DNA of 64,000 bases from Luteibacter sp. (GTDB taxonomy: Bacteria > Pseudomonadota > Gammaproteobacteria > Xanthomonadales > Rhodanobacteraceae), in assembly GCF_035539195.1 (NCBI RefSeq), contig NZ_DATLIW010000006.1:41734-105733 (forward strand), read 5' to 3'. Positions 18,302 to 25,961 of this stretch are shown piece after piece. Position 1 is the first letter of the stretch. Each line of letters begins with the position of its first letter. The notes beneath the pieces are model-generated. The model was given only the letters and a program-made list of their open reading frames with translations, did not search any database and was not told the DNA's origin. Position numbers and translations under genes: made by a program.

Positions 18302-18811
18302 CTATTTGGTGACCGACTTTATAAAGTCTTCCAGCCTCCCCGGTTCAGGGAAATCGGCTAGCGTGAGCTGTCGCAGGTTTGTACCGGAATCTTGAAGGAC
18401 TCGATCAAGCTCGTCAGCCACGGTCTGCGTCGCGCCGACGATAGTGACGTCGTGTTCCGCGAGTACTGCGATGGTTTGAGAACCGTTGTACGCAACCCAT
18501 TCCACCGCGCCCTGAACCGACCAGCCCGGAATGTAGAGAAACGAGTCCCAGTCAAACGAAAACGATACGGGATCCGGCTGAGGCATCTCTGACCCAGCGT
18601 AGCCGCAAATCCACCAACAAGAGTCCTCGCTCGCTTCTCGAAGCGCTTCCCAGAGCAGCTTTGGCATGGCGTGCCACTCATACTTATCACGGTCAAGAAC
18701 TGCGCCTCGCCAGCTTTTTCTGGCGAATCCGTCCTGTGCGCCCTCGTCCTCGACGAAAAAAGATCGTCGAGCCTCGTCAATCTTCATTGGCCTCGGAGAA
18801 TTCATACTCAC
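18302..18811 (-). CDS. putative cognate immunity protein of the Rhs-core toxin (hypothetical, acidic, Trp-rich)
   Basis: 169-aa ORF whose ATG overlaps the toxin stop as ATGA (18808-18811). It has no signal peptide or TM helix. The position and coupling are typical of polymorphic-toxin immunity genes. Confidence 0.55.
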   Translation of the reverse strand: MSMNSPRPMKIDEARRSFFVEDEGAQDGFARKSWRGAVLDRDKYEWHAMPKLLWEALREASEDSCWWICGYAGSEMPQPDPVSFSFDWDSFLYIPGWSVQGAVEWVAYNGSQTIAVLAEHDVTIVGATQTVADELDRVLQDSGTNLRQLTLADFPEPGRLEDFIKSVTK

Positions 18812-19707
18812 GATCCCCCTGGAGCTTCAGATTTTGGCTGAGGTTGAGGTGGCGGTGGCGGCTTCGGAAAACGAACGGTGCCGATGATTTTTCCGCTCGG
18901 ATCGGTGATCTTGATGCTCGGCGTCCCTTGTGGATACTGACTCTTTGTACTGTTGTGTAAATCAGCGACGCCGCCATCGGACAAGACCTTCACTTTCGCG
19001 CTGCCCTTGTCTTCCTCCGTGCCGTCGATTTTGTCCCAAGCCTCCTTCTCCCCTCCGGCCACTCCTTCACGCTCCCCTTTTTTTCCTGCTGTCCCGACCG
19101 CGGGACTGGTGCCTTCAAAGATCTTGTCTTTCGCCTCTCCCGACGTCGGTGCTTCATTGAAAACGATAGAGCCCGTGCCTGGTTGCTGACGGTTTACCTG
19201 GTCGACGATCATGTAAGTGGCGTAGCCAGCACCCGCTGCCACAATGACCGCGCCGCCTACATAGACGACCTCAGCCGCGCAAGGCGCACACTTACCCGTC
19301 GGGTCAGACAAACTGACCGGGTTGTTGTTGACGTATGCGTACCTGTTCCCATCAAACACATTTCCCGCAGTGGGAACAATTGGGTCAACGGACAAGAACC
19401 GGCCGATTGCGGGATCGTAGTATCGGGCTTGCATGTAGACAAGCCCGGTGTCCGGATCACCGACGTGGCCGGTATATCCTGGGCCAGCCGCTTGGCTTCC
19501 GATGCTGTTCTGACCGAAGGGCCGATAGTCGGCTTGTGAGGTTATGTTGCCCGCGGCGTCGGCAGTTGCGAGTACGGACCCTAGCGAGTCACTGTAGTAA
19601 TAGGTAACGCTTCTCGATTGCGCGCTTACTGAGCCACTAACGCACACGGCGACTAGTGCGGCCCCTCTCGCCAGAAGTCGAAGTCTGAGAACCAGAGGGT
19701 TCATCAT
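18808..19707 (-). CDS. signal-peptide-bearing RHS repeat-associated core domain protein with variable C-terminal domain
   Basis: The signal peptide is MMNPLVLRLRLLARGAALVAVCVSGSVSA|QS. YD repeats follow (VTYYYSDSLGSVLATADAAGNITSQADYRPFGQ). The Rhs core is GYTGHVGDPDTGLVYMQARYYDPAIGRFLSVDP...NRYAYVNNNPVSLSDPTG. A 161-aa non-conserved C-terminal region completes the protein. Confidence 0.85.
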   Translation of the reverse strand: MMNPLVLRLRLLARGAALVAVCVSGSVSAQSRSVTYYYSDSLGSVLATADAAGNITSQADYRPFGQNSIGSQAAGPGYTGHVGDPDTGLVYMQARYYDPAIGRFLSVDPIVPTAGNVFDGNRYAYVNNNPVSLSDPTGKCAPCAAEVVYVGGAVIVAAGAGYATYMIVDQVNRQQPGTGSIVFNEAPTSGEAKDKIFEGTSPAVGTAGKKGEREGVAGGEKEAWDKIDGTEEDKGSAKVKVLSDGGVADLHNSTKSQYPQGTPSIKITDPSGKIIGTVRFPKPPPPPQPQPKSEAPGGS

Positions 19708-20379
19708 TTACCCTTGATGTTTAAAAGTTGATGACCCGAGGTCTCAACGCGATGCACCGAAGTGCTGGTGCGCAGCAAAAGGGCGTATGACTGACTTAAT
19801 CGGGCAAACGGACGCCATTTGTTACGCCCGGAGACACGACCTCCTGAAACGGGCGCTATGCACATCGCAGCGGCTCGTTGTAAGCCAAGACTCGAGTCCG
19901 ACGGTGAAAAACACCCTGGCTCTCACTCAGGATGATGATGCATACAAGGGCTTGTCAGTCGCGTCGAGGACTTCATCCACTTCGCGGGTCAAGCAGTAAA
20001 ACTCCGGCCGACGAAGAGAAATCGCCCTCACGACGCAGCACCTCTCTCCGGATGCTGCCGAGACTTCGCCCAACACCGTATGTCGCGCAGGAAACGAAAA
20101 ACCCGTCAACTCCGGCGAGCCGACGACCTGACGTTCGTACATTCCGTTGCCCCTTCTTCTGGCGCGCTGCCAGGTCGCAAAAACCTACGCCCCCCACAAG
20201 AATGTGTCAACACACTCCATCAAGTCGCACATGATCACTCCGAAAGTCGGAGTGCTCGCCAGTGCGCTCTTCGAATTGCGCCGATATGCGCTGCTGATCG
20301 GCCGTCATTTAGACGAGCCCCCCACCAGCCCGAGCATCAATTTGAATCGACGGAATCTGGATGTCGCTAGGAATTCTCT

Positions 20380-20946
20380 TCAGGATGAATGGCCCGCAGG
20401 ATCTTCTTTCTTGAACGACAAGGATTTCAGAAGCTGCTGATAGATCTTCCGCACCTTCGGTACCTCGTCGGCCGGCGCCACCATGATGGCTTGGCCGTCC
20501 GCAAACACGGTCCGCACGGGGGCGCTGAACGAGACAATCTCGTTCACCATCTCCTGGTGTTCCACCGTTCCTCTGCGCTGCTCTAACCATGCCTGCGTGC
20601 CATCCAACTCGACAACGGTCGAACCAGGTGGGCGAGTTGGCTTTTCGTCTTCTTCTACCCGCCATCCGACCAAAATGACGATGCAGCTTGAGTGGGACCC
20701 AACCGGGAAGATGTCGAACCCGTGGAAAGGGGCGTCATCTGCGACACCACCCCACCCCGTCTCCCCATTAGGAACGCTGATGACCATGTGATAGTCGTCA
20801 TTCACCACGCGACCTCGATACGCGACCCCCGTTCCCGGTGACCCCGTAGTGAAGTCCGCGCACGTCCGGACAGATTGATTCTCGCTTCCCCATACCGGCG
20901 AGAGCGTGGATGCGACAACGAGCACTGCCAGGGCGTATAGGCGCAT
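20380..20946 (-). CDS. secreted hypothetical protein
   Basis: 188-aa ORF with the signal peptide MRLYALAVLVVASTLSPVWG|SE. No recognisable motif was seen. Confidence 0.6.
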   Translation of the reverse strand: MRLYALAVLVVASTLSPVWGSENQSVRTCADFTTGSPGTGVAYRGRVVNDDYHMVISVPNGETGWGGVADDAPFHGFDIFPVGSHSSCIVILVGWRVEEDEKPTRPPGSTVVELDGTQAWLEQRRGTVEHQEMVNEIVSFSAPVRTVFADGQAIMVAPADEVPKVRKIYQQLLKSLSFKKEDPAGHSS

Positions 20947-21306
20947 GTCTATATCTCAGATCAGAAGCTACTTATACCGATCCATCAGGAAACCAGGGGA
21001 GCGCCGATCCTCACCCGCGCAAGATCGGCTTGCTTGGTCGTTGGGGTAGTGGAAAGCCGAGCCGCAACGTTACTGGGCAAAGTTAAAGGAGACAGCGAAT
21101 GGGTGTCTGTAGGGGAAGTCCTACATTTCCGAATAATACGATGGCTATCGCAAGCGATCAGGCAAGCGGATCGCGTGGATTTTTAGACAACCCGGGCATC
21201 CCGAGACAGCGCCGCTCCCTGGGCGACCCTCCCGTCAACTGATCCTCCGGCGGCGCCCGAACTGCATCACGCTTCAATGCCGGGCAGTAGCCGGAATGCA
21301 CCTGAA

Positions 21307-22014
21307 TCATCCGCGCCCCGCACCCGCCCCCGGCAACACATAAAACAACACAGCGAAGTAATGCAAAACACTTCCCGCCAACACAAACAAATGCCACAGC
21401 GAATGGTGAAACGGCAACCGCTTTGCCAGATAGAACGGAACACCCGCCGTATAGGCAACACCGCCCGCCACCAACAGCATCAGGCCGTCCTTCGGCACGT
21501 GACCTGCCAGCGGCTGGAACGTGGCGATCGCGCCCCATCCCATGGCGACGTACAGGAACACGGCCGCATGGTGATAACGCCTCAAGATGCCTAGCTCGAG
21601 CACCGTGCCGGCGATGGCAAGCAGCCAAATCGCCCCGAACAAGACAAAGCCCCACGTTTCGGGCATCGCGATAAGCGCGAAGGGGGTATAGGTGCCCGCG
21701 ATCAGCCAGTAGATGCCCACATGGTCGAGCGTCCGAAGAAAGCTCTGGGCGCGGTGATTCTTAAGGGTGTGATAAAGGGTCGAAGCGGTAAAGAGGAAAA
21801 TCAGTGTCGCCCCATAGAGCGCACTGGCGAACACCGCAAGAGGACCACCATACGAGGTCGCTTTCGCCACCAGGGCGACGAGCCCGGCGACGCTGAGCCC
21901 GACGGCCAGCCCATGGACGATGCAACTACCCAACTCGTCGATGCGTGCATAGGGAACAGAAGCGAGGTCCGGGTCCGTAGCCATCTGGGAATCCACTCGA
22001 AGGCAAGGGCCCAT
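21307..22014 (-). CDS. hemolysin III / PAQR family channel protein
   Basis: Seven hydrophobic helices with the family motifs LDHVGIYWLIAGTYTPF and HSLWHLFVLAGSVLHY. The alternative start MATDPDL at 21984 is equally possible. Confidence 0.85.
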   Translation of the reverse strand: MGPCLRVDSQMATDPDLASVPYARIDELGSCIVHGLAVGLSVAGLVALVAKATSYGGPLAVFASALYGATLIFLFTASTLYHTLKNHRAQSFLRTLDHVGIYWLIAGTYTPFALIAMPETWGFVLFGAIWLLAIAGTVLELGILRRYHHAAVFLYVAMGWGAIATFQPLAGHVPKDGLMLLVAGGVAYTAGVPFYLAKRLPFHHSLWHLFVLAGSVLHYFAVLFYVLPGAGAGRG

Positions 22015-22123
22015 CGTGCCAGCGTGGTATTGCAGTTGTAGCTTGACAAACCGTCCGCCCCCACTTATTCATTGCCGCCGAGCCTTTACGCTGCAACCAA
22101 GCATGGATTAGGGGAAAAGGAAG

Positions 22124-24175
22124 ATGCATCGGTCCGTATGGTTGTACCTCTCTTTAGGCCTTCTTGCGTTATGCCTGAGCACAGGCGCCCTCGCCCAGGA
22201 TGCGTGCTCGTTTAAATCCGGTGGCGATAAGTCCACCGGACTGACCTTCGGAGCCGGCATAACATCGCCCGGCCTGCCCGCCCGGAGCGCCATTGCGCAA
22301 TTGAAGGACATCGCCACCGCGAAGGGGTTCGATGTCGACCAGGGTAACGTCCAGGGGTCACAGGGATCGCTGACCATTCATCAGAAAGCGAGCGGAACCG
22401 CGCGAGGCTTTCCGCTCTTCATCACGGCCACCGATGCTGGCGCGGTCAATCTCGACGTGACGCTTCCCGCAGGCATGATGGTAAAACCGGACGATATGCG
22501 CGGGGCGATATGCGGCATGCTCGCGCAGGTGAAAAACTCCGGTGGCGCCGTCGCGGCCGCCGCACCGGATAGTCACGCCCCGACCGCCAGCGCCCTGCCC
22601 AGCGCGGCGATGCTATTCGGGCCGGTGGACTCCACGAAGCTCTGCATGACGAACTTCACGACGGCGCTGAACGACGACGAGGGCAGCGCGTACTCCACGT
22701 GGACCATGGCACCCAGCATCGATCCGCACGATGCGATCGCGAGCATGAAGAAGTTCATCGCTGCGATGAAGGACTGGGAGGTTCTTGTTGAGGACTATCA
22801 CGGCCATCAGGGCGAGTTGACCGTCGCGATGAAGAGTATCGATGCGGTCAGGGATTCGGGCTACAGCTTTAACGGTCCAGATAAACGAGGTTTCCCCTTC
22901 CACGTCACGGTGGACGGTGATCTTGCCGCGATTTCCTTCGTGGCCCAGGTAAACCCGGATCAGACGAATATCAACGCCGCTCATATGGAATACCTGGCCT
23001 GCGGCCTGCTCGCTGGGGCCACCCACTCCGAGTTGCCGCCGGATCTGTCGAGAACGGGTGCGGGATCGCTTCCCGCTCAATCGTCGTCCCGCCTAGCGAA
23101 CCTGTTCAAGACCCGCAAGACACTCGTTAAAGAGATAACGCAACAGGCCGCCGACAAACTGAAGGCCAGGCAGGACGCGAGTGCGACGCTGTATCGAAGG
23201 GCGCTTGCCTCCGGCAAGGCCGTCGTTGTCATGCCGATGGTGGATATCGGGGAGAAATACAAGAATGCGGGCCTGCCGACACCGGGTACGGACAGCTATC
23301 CCGATTACAGCCTGGACCGGAACTCCGCCATCATCTGGCAGAAAGACGGCGATCCAAAGAGCATCCTCAAGGTCGGCTATCCGCAATCCATGGATCGTGT
23401 CGGACTGCACGGCTACCTGACAGGCATCGATGCCGGCAAGTCGTATTACATGTTTTACATCGTCGATCCGGGTACGTATTCGCTTGTTGGCAATACCTAC
23501 AAGTTGCTTCGAACGAACTTTCCGGACATGAGCGCGAAGCAGTGGCAAGCGAAGCCGAAGATCGGCCTCGCCTCACTGACCGCAACGAAGGAGAAGGAGT
23601 TCTACCAGACACAGGAATGGTTCGCTGCGCAATATGGTAGTAAGACCGTCTTCGACGGCACCTACTGCGACATGATGATGGTCGGTGGCGCGGGCGGCGG
23701 TGGCTGCGCACACATGTCCGAGGCCTCTCACAGCGAAACCGTGACGACCGATCCGGGCGGTTGGCGTAGCATCCTGCACGCAAAAATGGTCGACGGCGTC
23801 GCGGTGGCAACCAAGCTCACCCGCCCCTTCGCAAAGGTCAGCGTAGGTGCCGGCGAAGCGGTTGTCGTCGATGGCTTTTATAACGACAGCAATAACACCG
23901 CCCTGAACACGGATGGCTGCAATCAGGCCGACTCGAACCTGGTGAACTGCGCAATCAAGACGTTCACGCTGCATCGCATTCCCTCCCGCGTCGGCGACCT
24001 CAACGACGGTCCGGGCAACGCCATGGATTCGCTGTATCTGATCAACGATCGCCTGCCTTTCAGCAAGGACATCATCAAGACTCGCCAGCTGAATGTTTTG
24101 GCGAGCCCCGCAGATGCCAAGATCGGCACGTTCGAAGCGGGGTGGGCGAAGCCGTACTCCTTGTCAACTCAGTAG
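22124..24175 (+). CDS. large secreted hypothetical protein (683 aa) with duplicated N-terminal domain
   Basis: The signal peptide is MHRSVWLYLSLGLLALCLSTGALA|QD. The long uninterrupted ORF sits in a lower-GC context. There is an internal repeat (aa about 52-136 versus about 201-298). It is divergent from the PAQR gene. Confidence 0.75.
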   Translation: MHRSVWLYLSLGLLALCLSTGALAQDACSFKSGGDKSTGLTFGAGITSPGLPARSAIAQLKDIATAKGFDVDQGNVQGSQGSLTIHQKASGTARGFPLFITATDAGAVNLDVTLPAGMMVKPDDMRGAICGMLAQVKNSGGAVAAAAPDSHAPTASALPSAAMLFGPVDSTKLCMTNFTTALNDDEGSAYSTWTMAPSIDPHDAIASMKKFIAAMKDWEVLVEDYHGHQGELTVAMKSIDAVRDSGYSFNGPDKRGFPFHVTVDGDLAAISFVAQVNPDQTNINAAHMEYLACGLLAGATHSELPPDLSRTGAGSLPAQSSSRLANLFKTRKTLVKEITQQAADKLKARQDASATLYRRALASGKAVVVMPMVDIGEKYKNAGLPTPGTDSYPDYSLDRNSAIIWQKDGDPKSILKVGYPQSMDRVGLHGYLTGIDAGKSYYMFYIVDPGTYSLVGNTYKLLRTNFPDMSAKQWQAKPKIGLASLTATKEKEFYQTQEWFAAQYGSKTVFDGTYCDMMMVGGAGGGGCAHMSEASHSETVTTDPGGWRSILHAKMVDGVAVATKLTRPFAKVSVGAGEAVVVDGFYNDSNNTALNTDGCNQADSNLVNCAIKTFTLHRIPSRVGDLNDGPGNAMDSLYLINDRLPFSKDIIKTRQLNVLASPADAKIGTFEAGWAKPYSLSTQ

Positions 24176-24741
24176 CGGCGAGTCTGAGTCACGCAGAAAG
24201 AATCGCTTGCCGAGGCGAGGGGTTCTTTCATGTTTGGAGGGAGGGCCTCTGTGGATCGGCGCGGCCGCGCTTGTAGTCACGAGTCTGGTTAGACCAACCG
24301 AGCGGGTCATCGGGGAGGTCCGAGAAATGCGAAGCCTCATGCACGCCGTCGTCATATATTTGTCTTCCGCATGGCCGATCGTGTCGACGAAGTAGCCGCG
24401 TGAGGCTGCGTGCGTATTGAAGCCACTCGGCGGCCTCGTTCATCAGGTCTTTCTGCGCTCTCGCAACCATCCACGCGCGGACTTCGAAACTTCGGAGCCA
24501 TACGACGCGAAAGCGTCTCGGTCGAAGGCCTTCGGCGAGGTAGACGCACGGCTACGCGTCCGACCTTACGCGCTTGTAGCCGATCGAACGCTGCACAACT
24601 TTCCGTTTGCAAACGACGGATTAGCCAACCTCTTGCCGGAAAAGCGCCCGCCTTGTGTGGTGTACGGCCATGTTCGGCCCGGTATCGTTCTCGTGGGTGA
24701 TGGCTCGGCCACACCCGTCCTTCCACCTACTGGAGCACGCC

Positions 24742-24918
24742 ATGTACGCACTCGTCCGCCCGACCCTGATCGTTGCCGCCCTGCTTGCCCTCTCCTGCGG
24801 TGTCGCCGTGGCCAAGACGACGGCGCACACCGCCGCCGGTGCCAGCACGCAACAGACCCCGCATGCCGTCGACGCCGTACGTTGCAAGAATCCGGCGGAA
24901 TGCAGCGTTCCGCGTTAA
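24742..24918 (+). CDS. possible small secreted peptide (58 aa)
   Basis: An internal Met of ORF 24655..24918 gives MYALVRPTLIVAALLALSCGVAVA|KTT..., followed by a 34-aa mature part ending in a CKNPAEC loop. No homology could be judged. Confidence 0.35.
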   Translation: MYALVRPTLIVAALLALSCGVAVAKTTAHTAAGASTQQTPHAVDAVRCKNPAECSVPR

Positions 24919-25937
24919 GGCGGGGTCGCCTGCGCACCGCGCCGACCCGCGCGCATGGGAAGTCTTGCGCCGACCATGAGCGCCGCTGAAAGGAACAGTG
25001 CCAGGACCACCTGGCACTGGATCATGGCCGGATCGAGCAAGGCCGTGCCGGTAGCCGCCAGGGCGATGCTTGCGCCCATGCCAGCGATCGCCGTGCCGTG
25101 CCACCCATGGCGCACCGCCAGGACCAGAACGGGCAACAGCAAGGCCAATCGCGCCGCCTGACGGAGACCATCGTGCTGCGTCGCCAGTGCAAGCCAGGCG
25201 AGGCCGAACAAGACCGGGACCACCCACAACACGACGTCGCGAAGCAGTGGGCTGCCCCAGAGGGACGCCCCGGTCGCTTGCACGTCGCCGCCGGCGCGCT
25301 CGCGCAAGGCGAGAATCGTCGGCGTAAGCGTCAGGGCACCGAGATAGGCGCCCAACACATAAGCCCAGAAATACGTGGCGACCGAAATATCCGGCCAGGC
25401 CTCCGGCGAATGCAGCAACGCCGTCATCAGCGTCACGACCGTCTTTACCGCCGTCAGCACCGCGCAGCCGAGCGTCGCGGCCAGGACCATGCCCATTCTC
25501 AGCTGTCCATCCGCCGTATAGAGGCTCCATCGCTGCCGCAGCGGCTGGACCCAGGCCATGCACAGCACGATCATCGGCACCGAGGCGGAGACTGCCCACG
25601 CGAGGCCGAACTGCGGCATGCACAGCACCGCGTTTTCAATCATGGGAAGCGCTTCGCCGGCGGCGAGCGCAGGCCAGTAGCGCCGTGGCATGAGCAGGAG
25701 GCAGGCCAGGCGAAGGCCGGCCGTGAGTATCCAGTGGGAGAAGGTCACATGGCGTGTGACCTCGTAGCAAGCCGCGTACGCGGCGGCTACCGCAAGGTGC
25801 TGGCCCCATGCATTCCATCGCGCGGCGCGTCCGTTCACTGCTTCCCCTGGCGGGTGGTCTGGAGGCCGAAGGATGCCATGAACCTGACCGGCCACGCCGT
25901 CCGAAACTGCGGCACTGCCGACAAAGGAGAACACCAT
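24915..25937 (-). CDS. stand-alone MASE1-like integral membrane sensor domain protein
   Basis: 340 aa, all hydrophobic helices with no output domain. It is clearly paralogous to the N-terminus of the kinase at 12422. Compare SHWILTAGLRLACLLLMPRRYWPAL with YWVLPFGLRFGALLLMRTRNWFWIL, and LAVRHGWHGTAIAGMG with FAFRHGWRGAGLAMLI. Confidence 0.7.
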   Translation of the reverse strand: MVFSFVGSAAVSDGVAGQVHGILRPPDHPPGEAVNGRAARWNAWGQHLAVAAAYAACYEVTRHVTFSHWILTAGLRLACLLLMPRRYWPALAAGEALPMIENAVLCMPQFGLAWAVSASVPMIVLCMAWVQPLRQRWSLYTADGQLRMGMVLAATLGCAVLTAVKTVVTLMTALLHSPEAWPDISVATYFWAYVLGAYLGALTLTPTILALRERAGGDVQATGASLWGSPLLRDVVLWVVPVLFGLAWLALATQHDGLRQAARLALLLPVLVLAVRHGWHGTAIAGMGASIALAATGTALLDPAMIQCQVVLALFLSAALMVGARLPMRAGRRGAQATPP

Positions 25938-25961
25938 GCCGAAAATGCATGGCGTTCATCG

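Larger units (their letters stand above)
17210..24741. mobile_element. putative degenerate genomic island adjacent to ssrA (no integrase found)
   Basis: The position directly 3' of tmRNA is a classical island integration site. Spot GC counts of 60-nt lines are 52-62%, against 67-80% in the flanks. There are long non-coding gaps and the gene content is orphan secreted proteins plus an Rhs-core toxin module. The boundaries are approximate. Confidence 0.4.

Noticed and set aside
18114-18395. 93-aa plus-strand ORF in the gap between the secreted-protein gene and the immunity gene.
   Set aside because: Cys/Arg/Ser-rich odd composition, overlap with the 3' end of the immunity ORF on the other strand, and no start context or motif.
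17162-24741. Looked for an integrase, excisionase, transposase, phage genes and a direct repeat of the ssrA 3' end (…GGTTCGACTCCCGCCACCTCCACCA) to define a classical tmRNA island.
   Set aside because: None was found by eye, so the region is reported only as a putative degenerate island, not as an intact mobile element. An exact computational repeat search is still needed.
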